62,894 bases of DNA, filler included, from Octopus bimaculoides (GCF_001194135.2; 4 parts of 4 records of this genome joined end to end with filler, not necessarily neighbours in it), one strand, 5' to 3'; numbered from the whole stretch's first letter, positions 24,089 to 41,339 are shown. Notes: a model not told the origin generated them from the letters alone. Numbers and translations are program-made.

Positions 24089-24148
<60 letters not shown>
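24089..24148. repeat. (CT)n microsatellite
   Basis: Directly visible. Confidence 0.97.
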
Positions 24149-24163
<15 letters not shown>

Positions 24164-25470
24164 CATATGTATATATGTGTGTATACTAAACTTAGGCGAA
24201 TTGTACGTTATAAGAATACTATTATGCAAGGAATATACCTTTCAAAAATTTCGTAAGTGAATGTAGCCATAGTTTCGATAACAAATTATAACGGTCTGTT
24301 ACATGCACCGGATACAGTCGGGCATATAAAGTTTAATTATCGGCCTGCAGATACCAGCTGGCATCAGGAAATAAATAGTTCATATAATTTATAAATAATA
24401 TTCACAAACATTTGGGAGATTCTTTAAACCATGGTCATTTTTACGTCAGGATGCACGATACCTACCGAAACACTGGGTTATGAATGGATGTGTAATTTAG
24501 ATACATTCGTCGGAAAGCAGTTACTCTGCAATCAGGAAATACAGCAGAGTTTAACATATTCACATTCGAATCTGATTTTTTATAGTTTATAAATTTATAT
24601 ATGGGGGAAAATATTGAAAAACAAATACATGCGAGAGTGATTAAGAAACGAAGTGCGTTGTCTTTGAAGTGCTTAAAAGGAGAGCCAAATCGCCCTTATA
24701 TACCTTTCCTCTGAAAATATATATAAAAAAAAATTCACCAAAATGGTTTTGATGTGCAAAGAAAAATTGACAAAAGTGTAGGATGATGAGGGATGGGGTG
24801 TAAAAAAAAAAAGAGATTTCAAAGCTTACTTCTAACAAAGATGCCGCACAAGCCCAATCATTTCGAAGGCTGTTGTTTAAAAAAATAGGGAAAAACTTTT
24901 CCCCGCAAAATTCTTTATAACCTTAATCAATGCCGTTTGAAAGGTACTTGTGTAAATTTTCGTTAAATATACCCAGCTTCCTGAAAGTTACGAGGGAAAA
25001 ATTCAGATCATGTGAATCTAATGAAACTCCTCTCTCCAATACCTCGGAAAAGTTAATTTCCATTAATCCCTATATACACTAAAGCCACAATATCTAAGCA
25101 GTGTTTATAGAAAATTTTGTTAAAAATATTCATTTTTGTGGATGTTATGAGGGGGCATATACATCTGAAGTAATGTCCTTTTATTTACTCGATTTCTTCA
25201 TTTCATGTTTATTTCATTCATTGTTTGCAATGTTCTATTTCTCTCCTTTACACACACACTGCAAAGCTTACAGATGGGTTGCTAAATTGAAATCTCTATG
25301 TTGCTTTGAGGGGAAGGTAAAACTTGACAAACTACTTCATACTTTGTTGTTAGACTACCGTGATGTTAGTTTGAAAAAGAGAGTTTATGACTGTGATAAA
25401 ATAATGAAAGCAATATTTACTAAGCAAATGAGCACTATTATACAAAGAAACAACTAGACGTAAAATATAA

Positions 25471-27538
<2,068 letters not shown>

Positions 27539-29932
27539 ATTATGTAATCGGTACGGAGCTGACATTAGACTTCAATGGAGATATACCGAGAGACTCCCTA
27601 AAAAACTAGTTAGTTTTTCAAACCATCTAACTCTCCTGTGTAGAGACTCAAAGCTAATACTAACTGGCTTGAATATGACACCAGTGGATTCATATAAAGC
27701 TAGAAGAGTAGCGGAAAGGGCAGGACATGCCCTCGTCCGTGAGAGGATCCATTACAACTGTTGGGAAAAAAAGAACATCAAATAATAACGAAATCAAAGA
27801 GAGGTTATCTTCATTACTTAGGAAAATAACCAGAGATGATGACAGAAAGAGAATCCAACAAGACTTAGAAAAGTGGTACATGAAAGAATTTGAGATGGTA
27901 AAGACATGCCAGATTAAGAAGCTTATGAAACTCAAAGTTCAGAGAATGAAGACTGAAATCTGTCACCCACCTGTGAAAGCAGTAATTAATGTAAGTAGCC
28001 GACATCTAGAAAACTGTGAAGAAGCATTACTAAACAAATGTCTCTACTTTGCGACAGCCATCAAGCGTATTCTATACGTGAACATAATAGCTCCTATTGA
28101 AGAGATGGCCGTAAAGATACCAAAAGCTCAGAGAGATGAACTAAGGTGGAAAGTGAGACATGTACTAGAAAAAGCGAAGCTTCTAAAACCAAACATCACC
28201 AAGGAAGAAAAGTTCACTATCAAAAGACTACAGAGTGACAATTCCATCACAATACTTCCAGCGTACAAAGGAAATGCTACTGTAGTGATGAACAAATCTT
28301 GTTACTCGAAAAATTGGCAATTCTCTATAAGTAATGGTAGCTACAGCAAAGTAAAGAAAGACCCAACTCTGAAAACAGAGAGGAAGTTGTCACAGATCTT
28401 GATCAAGAACAAGGATAACTTTACACTAATGAAGTATAAACTACCACACATGTATGGTCTCCCTACGATTCACAAGGATGGTATTCTATTAAGACCTACA
28501 GTGAGCTGTAGAGGTTGAGCATATCATTCAATGAGCCGCTCCCTTGTGGATATAATCAGTCCATTAGCAGGAAAGTCAACATTTCTCGTGAAGAATTCCA
28601 CCTCTTTCACAGAATTGATCAAGGATACCCCCATTGAATCTAACCAGATGGTCAGTCTAAATGTGATAAGTCTGTTCAACCAAGTACCAACTGGTGAAGC
28701 ACTATCTGTGATTCCAGTGTAACTAGTGACAGATACACATCTAAAATAACGCACTAGTATGCAAATAAAAAAACTTAATGGAAATGTTGACCTTCTGTAT
28801 AGAAACTACCTACTTCAGTATGGACACTGACATACATCGACAAAACGTGAGTTTAGCTATGGGTTCACCATTATCACTGACACCGGTAATAGCCAATATA
28901 TACATGGAATACTTTGAGAATTTGGCTTTAGGATCAACACCACTAAAACTAACCCTATGGCTGCGATATGTTGATGACACCTTTATGATTTTTTAGATCA
29001 CGTGAACTCAATAAAGCCATCCACACGGTTCACAATGTGAAAGGAAAAAGACAATTAGCTAGCATTCCTGGACGTATTATTAACACGCACCAAGGACATC
29101 CGTATACCACATATATATGATGACACCTCAGCTTAAATTCCCACAATCCATTTAGTGTAATATGAGGGACTGCTCAGTGCCTAAAACATCGAGCAAAGAA
29201 TATAAGTGGCGATCGTGATACCCACCACGAAGAAATGATCAAGCTCAGTAACAATCTATTAAGCAACAACTACCCCAAAACATACTATCTACTCCTATTA
29301 TGAAGAAAAGAGAGGATGAAACCAATAAAATGACCACGGTATGTCTACCCTATGTGAAAGGCCGCTGCAAAACGAAACAAAACATATGCCGCCCATATGA
29401 CATCAGGACAGTATTCAAGAGTAATAGCACACTCGCAAACATTTCCTTCGAGTAAAAAACTAAGAGAAGAGAATATGACCAAAAACTGCGTGTACTCCAT
29501 CCCATGCAGCTGTGTAGTTATTCAAAGGCGAAACATACCGCTCCCTCAAAATAAGGGTAGAGGAATATCGCAAAGCTCTGACACGAGGAGTTATTGATAA
29601 ATCGGGTATAGCTGATCATATATGGAAAAATGGAGACCAACTCCCCCTGTGGGATGAAGTTAAAATAATACACAGCACACCACTGGAAATAGGAAAACTA
29701 AAAGAAGCAGCACATATGCTAGGATACATAGGAAGAGAAGCATGAGAGCGAGAAGGAGATTGAAACTGTATCACTGGCAAAAACTAGTCCCAGTATCGGA
29801 GGACAGGAGGTGAATAACGGATTGGAAACGGCGGAAAAACGAGAAGAAAGAGAAGGCAGAGAAGAAAGTCAAGTGTGGGTGGGGAAGAAATGCTGATTCA
29901 AAGAGACACATGTATATATATATATATGTATA

Positions 29933-29967
<35 letters not shown>

Positions 29968-30022
29968 CGCGTGTGTGTGTGTGTATATGTATATATATAC
30001 ATATCTATATCTGTATATGTAA

Positions 30023-30084
<62 letters not shown>

Positions 30085-32344
30085 ATGCGTGTGTGTCCGT
30101 CTTTCTCGATATATATATATAAATACCATGCCTGCACCTATTATACAATTAGCAGCCTATAATTGGGATTTTCCGTCAATAATTCCAAACAAATAATTTA
30201 AAACAATTGTTTATTTTTAAGTCCCTGTCAGACAAATATTAACGAAAGAGTATTCAATGAAAGGTTTTTATTCGTTCATTTCCATTTCATATTTAAAAGA
30301 ACTTCTTTTCGTGGTAGATTCTCTGACATTTCAAATATTTGTTTACTTCTTTACTTGACAGTATTAGACCTTTCTATTCATTGAAAAGCAACAAAGCTCA
30401 TATAGATTTGTCACTCTACCATTTTCCAATAACTTTAAGTGTGTCTAATATCTTTCAAATCAAATTGTTTTTGTTAGTATTCAAAAATAATTTTCTTTGT
30501 GACGTTGAAATATATATTGGTCAGCCAGTTAAAAATCTAGCAAGACCAGGAATTATATTGTGAGTTTTATATAAAATTTATGTAGGAGAACGGTTTACTA
30601 CAACCATAAGTAAATTTAAGTCTGGAGCAATGTGATGTTGAGAACAGTTGGTAATTTATAAAAGCCAACAGACCAGTTCTGATCAGTTATTGATCTTAGC
30701 GTAAAGCCGGTGTATCACCAAGATTCTTTGATTAAAGATTTCCTACATTTCTCTCCGTGTTGAGTATGAAAGCCTCTATGTGCTTCGTGTCGTTGCTGCA
30801 TTTAATTATTAATGTGTTTCTGGAAGGAAGACACACTTTAGGTGTGTGTTGGTGTGGGTTTGTGTATGTATGTGTGTGTGTGTATACGTATGTACGTATG
30901 TTTAATACACGCTCTTGTTTTTGTAATTCATTAAAGCAATAGCAGTTACTGAACACATTTCAGAAGCTGAATGTACTGGCTAGCACGCATTATATTGCAT
31001 TTATTACATTTACCGTTTGCCTAAATATAAAAGCTTTATATTGGAAAATTATATTAAAAAAATTCATGCATATCCCAGTTCCAGCAAGGCGGCAAAGTCA
31101 ACTTGGCTTACATGTATCAGTACCCGACACCTCCTGTTTCCCCAACCCATCCTACATTCAAACTCATTGCACGGCAGCCTATTGAACAACACCACACATT
31201 CATCTAAATACCTCTAACACTACAATAATGAACCTCACTCAGCTTAATTTTAGAAAACCCAACATAAAGCTCGCTATAATATTTACAGTTTGAACAGAAG
31301 GAAAACATAATATTGTCTATAGGAATAATATTGTCGATGTTTTTTGTTTTATTTTGAGCTACACAATAACATCAACACATATGTAGCAACAGCTAAGAAA
31401 ATATGGTTATTACTGCTGCTGTTTAATCCCAGGGTATTTTGGAGGGATCAGAGCTAAAACAAAAGACATTTCATAAATGATTATCTCACCTACATACTTT
31501 CAACTATAATGTGTATAACTATTGTTTCCATCTTTGAATATGATACAGGTTCAACTTCGCATACGAATGCCTATTATTTTTACCAATATCAATGATTATA
31601 TACATGTTTGTCTGTTAACTATCTATTTAGGATTCATATTGTAATTTCATTAAATGATACGTAAACGCATAATGACCAACATTGTAATTTGAATTATTCC
31701 TTGCCATCAAAACATTCCACTCTACGACAAAGAATTCTTCCGGAACCTTTACAAGTTTTTCTCCTCTTGGCAAACCACTTTTGAACTGTGTACTTACTAA
31801 TTGACGATACAAATACTTTTGGCGAAATCTTAAAGTGCAATCTAATTTTGTGAAACCGTATCGATGAAAAACAAACACAAAGTAAAGTATCATGTCTATT
31901 AGTAATTGAGCTCAGACAAAACTAAATACTTCTTTGAACATCACGAATGTTTACAGTTGAATCGATTTCTGAATGTAGGTTTTTGTCAAGAACCAAATAT
32001 AATCTTTGAAAAGTAATGTCAGAAACATCGAAGTGAGCACATTTCCAAACAGTAATATTATTCACAGCTACAGAGACGATCTACAAATTAGTTGTAAAAG
32101 ATAAGTTTTGCAAAAATTTACAAAACATATACCCAGAAACCAAATATTTTGTTAATGTTTTATATAAACGTCATTGTTTCAGATTTTAAGCCAGAAGCCA
32201 GAAGCCATTCATGGGTAAAGGTTTTACTATCTTCGGCATTATTTTCTCTCTTTGGGTATTTGCCATTGAGAGTTTTTTCTTGCCATTTATAAATCAGAAT
32301 ATTTAAGGCAGCAGTTTTAGCACGGGTTTTCAGGCGCTTAGAAT

Positions 32345-33050
32345 TTTTCTGCGCTTTGCACAGCTTCTAACGCTGGAGATGTACTGCGCTGTCAGCTGTT
32401 CACTACCAGTGAACTAAGGTAACACCTCTTATTTTTCAATCACCTTTCGGAGTATTCGGGCGGTTCCAAGCGGTGCTATTTTCTGCAAGTGCTCCATCTT
32501 TATTGCAGCCCCTACTTGTTCCACGTACTTCTCGAGATTTTTGCTCACTGTTTCCAGGGCTCCGTCAATTATTAATACTACTGCTACTTTTTTCATCGAC
32601 CTGTCATATCTGTCGACTTTTCTTTCTTTCTTATTGTATACCTTGTTGTCAGCTGGGCAAGCTATATCTATGATCAAGCATAGGTTTGTTTTCTTTCTCA
32701 ATTAAGGCTATGTCTGGCTTCCTATTCTCTATCTCATGGTCGCAGTGAATCATAAAATCCCATAGGATCTTTGCATTTTTATTTTCGATGATGTTTTCGG
32801 GTTTGTGGTCGAACTAACATTTTGCTCTGTGAAGTCCATACTTGTTGCAAAGTGTCTAATGGACAAGCCTGGCTATATTGTCGGGGCGTCTTTAATATTC
32901 CAACTGGGTTAGTGGCTTACATTGGCTGGTGATATGCCATACGGCTTCACCATTTCGTCCACAGATTCTGCACTTATCACTTTCTGATGTGTTGTATATT
33001 CTGTATTTTATGTAAGTTGGATTGCATAGCCATGAATTCGATAGCAAAAG
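32345..33050 (-). mobile_element. R4/Dong-like LINE 3' portion (CCHC + RLE)
   Basis: KCRICGRNGEAVWHITSQC, CLIIDIACPAD, HLQKIAPLGTARILRKVIEK. Same subfamily as 48375-48707. Confidence 0.9.
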
Positions 33051-34457
33051 AGTGATCATTTTTAAAGTAATGGTCTTGTAATATACCATAAATTACATTT
33101 CAAAATACATTCTAACAAATAATTACATTAAGCTAATTGCTTTTGCGTACATCTATGGAAAAAATATTCCGCAATGACACACAATATACTGCACACAATT
33201 AATATCACTTCATACAGTAGTACATATATTTGTTTCATTCCAGTAGACATCTGATTGGCGTGGTAATAATTGCATCAAGCACGCAGTTGAGAAAATCAAC
33301 GTTATAAATAATAGGCGTGAATTTCAGAGAATCAAAATAAATATTAATCGGTATTTATCCGATGATTTCATAATTTTTACCTTCTTGAATCTAGCCCAAA
33401 TAAAGTAGGAACCAATCACGAAAAGTAAAGGGTACCTTTGTTCCATATATTTAAATTTATAAAAACACTTTCTTAAATCGATTTACTACTTAAAATACTG
33501 ATACTCAATTTTCATGTTCTTGATTTCTAGAAGTGATTGGGCTTAACTAGGTGTGTTAATTATATAATATAAGCTTCCAAATGGGGTTGAAAACCTAACA
33601 GACATATCGAATATTAACTCAAGTTCTAAACGTTATACTATGCTGGTTGATGGGCCATATGCATACATATATGAATAAACTACTTTTTTTGTATGAATAA
33701 TGATATTTTTGTTTTGCATATCTATGACACAAAAAAGGAATTTCGCTGTGATCTAAATTCCGTATTTTTTCAAAGCTCTATGTTGCCTATTAGAGGTCGC
33801 CCAAATTCTAAATTGATGAAACGTAATTCCTAGTTACGTTGATTTAAATGGTCTCTTGATTAAAATGGCGACAATAGGTTTGCGTCATTGAAAACGTGCG
33901 AAAAGAAGCTAAAGGCCTCCAATGGATTTAAAGAAAGACTGTCATGTGTTTAGCATATGGAAATACGAATTCACAACAAGTGTAATAATATTTAGGAAAT
34001 ATACACTCACTATTTTTATTCTACTATATGTATGTATATGAAGTATATTACATATGCCTCTTCTGAAGTATTATTTTATCAAGTTACAATTCAGTCTAAG
34101 AGAAAAGTATAACTGTTATAATAATGCTAATTTGCTCCTAAACTGATTACTACTTTTATATTTATAATAAAAAAGTATGAAAGATCAACATTATCATATT
34201 CATAATAGCATCGGTGTCTATTATATTGTATAAGTATTTACAAAAAATATATTTTCATTTTAATTTTTATTCCAGTCTTATGGAAGTAATTTATTGATTC
34301 AGAGCATTGGAGATATTCAAATGCCCGTTTAGCAAGTAACAATCAGAAAAATAAACAAAAAAACTCAAACATAAAAATGTGCGCAGTAACGCACCAATTA
34401 TGTAATTGAAATTACATTATAGAACATTATATTAAATAAATGAAATTATGTTGTAGC

Positions 34458-34460
<3 letters not shown>

Positions 34461-34529
<69 letters not shown>

Positions 34530-34546
34530 TGTGTGTGTGTGTGTGT
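34461..34546. repeat. (CA)n directly fused to (GT)n
   Basis: Directly visible; junction CACGTG. Confidence 0.95.
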
Positions 34547-35934
34547 TTATCTATGTACACATCAATGTATGTGTGCATTTATGTGTATATATATATCCTA
34601 GCATATATTTCTGTATACATAAATCAGCGATTCAGTTATATATTATTCAATTATATATTACTCATCTAAGTGATGTTGAACAGCAAGTGTACAATACATC
34701 ATTACGTACATTAAAAAATGATGAAACACTGGGGGAGCATTCGAACTATCAGCGAATTTTTTAACATTATTGCTTTGTATTCATTTTAAGCTACAATGAT
34801 ATGTAAGGTAATGCAGGAACTGATATACTAGAACAGGGTTAAATAAGGACAGAATCTTGACTTCGATACGGCGTTGTTGAAATAAAGATCACTTGTATAT
34901 TTGTACCATATATGAGCGCGTGCAGGTCCGTGTATGTGTGAACGTTGTTCAAATTTAGTTGTGCAACTGGTTTAAATTATGAAAATGTGCTTGTAATATA
35001 ATGTAAGCATTTTATCCGAAGTTCTTGAGACCAATTGAGAATATTACTTGGACATGCATATATGCATGTTGGTGCACTATAATTTGGTGTAGCAATGCCA
35101 ACCCCACTACATATCATTTGGGTATAGTAAAGCAGGTTTTATTTTACTCCAGGTAATTTGGAATTTAATAATTTTCCTATGAGGGACCTAAAACAACCGA
35201 GAAGTATTCCCGCTTCTTTAATGAATATATATGCAGATAAACTTCATTCCCTCTGGTTTGTCGGATACGTAGAGCGTTAGTTTTGGTGAGGTGAGAATTT
35301 TGTTCATTTATATATATTTTTTTGAACTATACTATGCTGATGAACGAAAACTAGATTTCATTCTATTAATCGCGAAATCGGTCGATACATAGTTGAGTTA
35401 TTTAAAAGAAAGTTGGTTTCTTCTGTTGGTTGTTTTCCTCGAATTCGGTACTAAAATGTGTTTATTTGGGAAGTCTAGTGTGTGGCATTATTCTGTAGTA
35501 ATGCCCTTNNNNNNNNNNNNNNNNNNNNNNNNNNNNNNNNNNNNNNNNNNNNNNNNNNNNNNNNNNNNNNNNNNNNNNNNNNNNNNNNNNNNNNNNNNNN
35601 NNNNNNNNNNNNNNNNNNNNNNNNNNNNNNNNNNNNNNNNNNNNNNNNNNNNNNNNNNNNNNNNNNNNNNNNNNNNNNNNNNNNNNNNNNNNNNNNNNNN
35701 NNNNNNNNNNNNNNNNNNNNNNNNNNNNNNNNNNNNNNNNNNNNNNNNNNNNNNNNNNNNNNNNNNNNNNNNNNNNNNNNNNNNNNNNNNNNNNNNNNNN
35801 NNNNNNNNNNNNNNNNNNNNNNNNNNNNNNNNNNNAGGGGGGGTTGTCACTTTTGCTATGAATTAAATTAATGAATTCAACGGGATACACTGTCTGCAAG
35901 TAGTTGGGTTCAGCATATTATCCTCTATTTTCTA

Positions 35935-35996
<62 letters not shown>

Positions 35997-37969
35997 GTAT
36001 ACGCGATTAAGTACATGAAGATGGAAAAACCAGGCTTTAATGGGAAATATTGATAATAATAATAAAGTGTATTTACGTGATGTATGTCATTTGTTTTCGA
36101 ACCTAGACTTTTATTTAAAATTATGTGATGTTTATACCCTTTAGCCTTAAGTGGCTGTCATGAACCCCAGTAGCCATTAACTACATGAGTGAAGCCTTAA
36201 TTTCTTTCCTATATTTCGTATATTTATATTTATTTATATTTCCTATATTCATATTAATTTTTACTTACTGTTTTTTTTGTTTTTTAAGAATACATATCGC
36301 ACGTTGTACTCTTACATATTCTCAAACATAGATACTCTAATAAGTGTACATACTCCTATTCTCCCACTGCTAAGCATTGGCCTGTCTTCTCTCACTCCAT
36401 CGGGAGGTATGTTTACTGCGGATATGTATTTATTAAAACTACTACTAGAATATATTTATTTTAGTTGCGTTTTCTAACGACCAGTTTTACATTATTGTCA
36501 TCACATGATTTTTACTCTGCATTTTCAGACTGAAATCAATTTTACAACCATTTCTATTCACATGTAAATGACAATTCTGACCTGTTATCTAGATCCGTCA
36601 GCTTAAGTTTCATTATATTTTACATATATTAAAATATTAAATTATCTATGTCCATATGAACGTGATATAACTTTCCACTTATAGAGGTATATTTTCCATG
36701 ATACGTTATAGTGAATACTGTATGACTTCCTCTGTTTATTGTCGCCACCTTGTATCTATTATAAGTGTTATATTATTTTTATCGGCCTGGAAAATATCAC
36801 AATTATTTCTCAATCTATTTGAATATACCGACTTGTTACAATTAGTACCCAGCATATTACAAATTTAATTTTGAGAGAACACATTTAGCCATCTTTCTGA
36901 GACTTTTATATGTGTTTCTTAGATTCACACAATAAATGTTTTTGCTTAACTTTCTATTGAACATCGTGTTTCCATTATTTTGATTAACGTTGGGTCTTTC
37001 ATATTTTTGCAATTACTGCAAGAATATAATAGACATAGAGAAATTTTTATATTCACTTTGACAATCGTACAAACAACAATGCTAACTCGTTAATTATAGT
37101 CCTCCTTTCGTGTTATTATAATCTATTTTCATAAATTATTCCAATTCCTTTACATATACTACATATACGAATTTACATCATTTTGACATACTTGTGAACG
37201 TAATATTGAGTTTGCAATATTATTGTTTATCGATTATAATCACGTCAGGTGATAATATTCGACATAGAGCAATTATTACAATGGCTTCACTTAAACATGC
37301 AAACGACAATGTCAACTCGTAATTACGACTAATCTATTTACGGAATAACGAGTGCTTTATAAGATTTATTATAATTCTTTTTACAAATATGCAAACAACA
37401 ATTCTAACCTGTCATTACAAGTCATCCGCTTAAGTTAAGGAACATTTGTTATTACTGTTCCTAACTCGATCGTTCCTGGCTGGTTCTTCCGTAACTGAAT
37501 CTCCATTTGTTTCTATCCCGTTTTCTAAATTAATCCCCCATCATTTGCGCTACTGTTGCTATTTATACTAGGATTATCAGAATGCTTATCGACTTAACCC
37601 TAACGGTCATCTTGTACCTCACCCACCGGATCCTGTATTTACATTCTAGTCCCAGCCTATTTTATTTAGTCTGTGCATATAATATTCCAGATTGTATGAC
37701 GTTTCACATTGTAATTTAATCCTATATCGGTTCAAGATCTTATAAGTCCTAGTAGACTTAGGAAAATGTTTATGTAATGCAGAGAAAAATTCACGTTCAA
37801 TTTTAGATTTAACTCGTAATTTATATACCGGATTAAGTCATAATATGCCATCCTTATCTGATGTATTATTGGGATTAGTGTAACTATTCAGCTTACTCTT
37901 AAAGCCATTTCTAATAGGATTCAATTTGGTAACTTTATGCTTTTCCTACTGTTACTGTGATTATTAAGC

Positions 37970-38350
37970 GGAGGCGCAATGGCCCAGTGATTAGGGCAGC
38001 GGACTCGCGGTCATAGGATCACGGTTTCGATTCTCAGACCGCGCGTTGTGAGTGTTTATTGAGCGAAAACACCTAAAGCTCCACGAGGCTCCGGCAGGGG
38101 ATGGTGGCGAACCCTGCTGTAGTCTTTCACCACAACTTTCTCTCACTCTTACTTCCTGTTTCTGTTGTGCTTGTAATTCAAAGGGCCAGCCTTGTCACAC
38201 TGTGTCACGCTGAATATCCCCAAGAACTACGTTAAGGGTACACGTGCCTGTGGAGTGCTCAGCCACTTGCACATTAATTTCAATGAGCAGGCTGTTCCGT
38301 TGATCGGATCAACTGGAACCCTCGACGTCGTAAGCGGCGGAGTGCCAACA
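37970..38350 (+). mobile_element. tRNA-derived SINE family B with TSD
   Basis: Duplication actgtgattatt at 37954-37965 and 38351-38362; near-identical to 2984-3362. Confidence 0.92.
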
Positions 38351-39625
38351 ACTGTGATTATTGTTATACATTATTAGTCGACATTTACCCTCTGATTGAC
38401 TGTTATCGCTTTTTTTTCCTCCGTAGTTTTTACCCTACTCTTCATATCATTATCTAGTTTCTCAGTGTTACTATCTGCATAAGTTTCCCTTTTTTACTCA
38501 GTATCCCTTTTTGTATTCATTCATTAGACTATTGTTAAGTGAATATTTAATCTTGTCATTATATCCAGCCCTACATGCAATATGTAGTACTCAACCTGTG
38601 CATTAAATATTGTTTCATTTGCAGATTGTCTTGAAAGTGAATCTAGCACGTTTTTTTACCATATATTTCAGTACCGAATGTGGATGATTTGACATTTTGC
38701 TAACATATTTTAAATTTTAGTTTAGTTTGTAGAATAGTTCAAATAATCTTCTATTCAGGTTAAGCGTGCCTTATATCTAAGATATTCTGCCATTTTCAAT
38801 TGTCATCAATAGTCCAAAGTTTTCAACAAAAATGAATGTTTTTGTTTTTCTTATATATTTTCAATTCAACCTTGCTACAACTTTCTGTTAGGAGTAGAGC
38901 ATCATTCCTATATAGACACCCCTAGTCTATGAAGCCTAGACTTATCAAGATGAGGATACAGATGCCGATGAGATCAGTGACAAGCACGGAGTCGTTCGAG
39001 CCTATCGTTATATCGAATCAGTCATTTCAATTCGATCGTATCCATAGATTTTCAGCACAATCAATTATTGAGCTAGGTGCAGTTACTATTATGCCAATTT
39101 CATTTCTAAATAAATCAGAATTGTGTTTTGCAAATAATAACGTTTTGTTCAGTAATATTGGGTTCATAGTTGACTAGTAATTGAATTTATCTAATAGTAC
39201 AAGTTACTACATTTTGGTTTATTTTCTAAGCTATTTAAGCAATTAACAACATGTATTGTATCCGACCGTAGTGTAATTTTAATTAAATATCTAAGAGTTG
39301 GCATAATTCTATTCATAATGTCTTAATTATTCTACCTATGTCATATTTCGATGGACATATCAGCCTAATCGATAGAGTAGTTGGCAAATTTCCCTTAAGA
39401 TTAATTGAGATTAATTCAGTTTTCTAGGTATATATGGTTTTATCCTATATCTATACCAAGTTCTTTAACTCTTCCTATCCCTTTCCCATTTATCTGGGTT
39501 AATGCTTCTACTGTTTTATGTTGACATTTTCTATGGTGTCCTTTCATTATGAGTTTTTATTAGATGATTACTAGATTTCCACATGCTTATCCAAACTTAG
39601 AAGATATCTTACTGTAGGATGGCAT

Positions 39626-39627
<2 letters not shown>

Positions 39628-39720
<93 letters not shown>

Positions 39721-39745
39721 GTGTGTGTGTGTGCGTTGTGTGTGT

Positions 39746-39794
<49 letters not shown>

Positions 39795-39819
39795 GTGTGT
39801 GTGTGTGCGTTGTGTGTGT

Positions 39820-39851
<32 letters not shown>
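39628..39851. repeat. (TA)n(TG)n microsatellite with a duplicated variant block
   Basis: Directly visible; the interruption pattern ttgtgtg..gcgttgtg..tatg occurs twice. Confidence 0.95.
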
Positions 39852-40324
39852 AGTCAATTCGAGGAAATCAGGTCCTCATTAAGGCTTTTAAATAATTCAA
39901 AAATTGCACTGGTTAACCACTATCATATAAAGAGAAAGTCTCGGTGTATGTTAGGAATTATTATAGTAATACATATTGTTAATAATGATGACACAAAGAA
40001 AATGGAAAATTATGGATGTATGAAATATTTATCTGTATGATATAATGAGGTTGAAACTTTTTATAAAAACTGTACAAGTAGATAATAAGTTATAAAGCTC
40101 TAAAAGAAGTGGCTGCTGCCAGAAACCTACATATATATTTCGATTCATGCTCCTAGGTGATTAGTAATTCTAAGCAATTGTGTTGTGTCATAAGCTAAGA
40201 ATTGTTCATCAATTTCAACTACATGAGTTAGAATCTCTTCAGGGCTTTATGAGCTTATACAACAAATATTAACATATTTCTTCCACATTTGGGGTATATT
40301 TCCGTTTGGTCTACTTCAGGAATT

Positions 40325-40788
40325 AATAATCGATTAAGGAAACAAAAGATAAAATTGGTATTAGTTTTATTGCGTACGAGATCGTTTCGAGCCATCTTGG
40401 GACTGCCCCTTATAAATGGTGGGATGCTGCGCATCATACTGTGTTGCATCAGTTTGACGGTCGGCGTCATATTGCGTACATTCATACGTATTTAGAATTA
40501 TTTAGTATTATTTGTTATGAATATTTACCATAAGGACAATTGTAGTAATGCCTTATTTCCTAACAAAGCGGGCAAATAAACACATGACTGCCTGAAGTCA
40601 AGGTATTTAGTGAGACAACTATTTATGTAATAGTGTACCAGATGTGACCCAGGTTTCAAAATAGATGCAACACAATATGATGCACAGCATCTCATCCATA
40701 AGGGTCAGTCGTCGGATGTGTCGAAATGATCGTCGTACTCTATAAAGACTAATACCAAATCCATCTTCTGCTTCCTTAATCGGTTATT
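40325..40788. mobile_element. Old foldback/MITE-like inverted repeat (about 130-bp arms)
   Basis: 40325-40455 aligns to the reverse complement of 40659-40788 (gattaaggaa..agat..ttggtattag..tacga..ccttat..gatgctg.gcatcata.tgtgttgcatc). Confidence 0.7.
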
Positions 40789-40799
40789 ATTATTATTAT

Positions 40800-40858
<59 letters not shown>

Positions 40859-41130
40859 TTATTATTTTTTATATATATATATATATATATATAGATAGAT
40901 AGATAGATAGATAGATANNNNNNNNNNNNNNNNNNNNNNNNNNNNNNNNNNNNNNNNNNNNNNNNNNNNNNNNNNNNNNNNNNNNNNNNNNNNNNNNNNN
41001 NNNNNNNNNNNNNNNNNNNNNNNNNNNNNNNNNNNNNNNNNNNNNNNNNNNNNNNNNNNNNNNNNNNNNNNNNNNNNNNNNNNNNNNNNNNNNNNNNNNN
41101 NNNNNNNNNNNNNNNNNNNNNNNNNNNNNN

Positions 41131-41186
<56 letters not shown>

Positions 41187-41339
41187 GATGTACATGTGTG
41201 TTTGTGTGTAAATGTATTTATTGTTCTTCTTTTCTGTCTTTCTTTCTCCTTCTTTTTCCTACGTTCGTCCGCGTAAGTTATTTACTATGGCATGTGACAT
41301 CCACCGCTTCATCAGTAGGACTAGTCTACAGTGTTGCAT

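Noticed and set aside
25305-25340. Hammerhead in the Penelope 5' region (tttgaggggaagg...)
   Set aside because: Core too degenerate to support.
31627-31893. 88-aa minus-strand ORF as a gene
   Set aside because: No motif, no convincing splice or start context; within the chance range.
38400-39550. Old CR1-like LINE remnant
   Set aside because: Only faint APE-like hints on the minus strand; too degraded to call.
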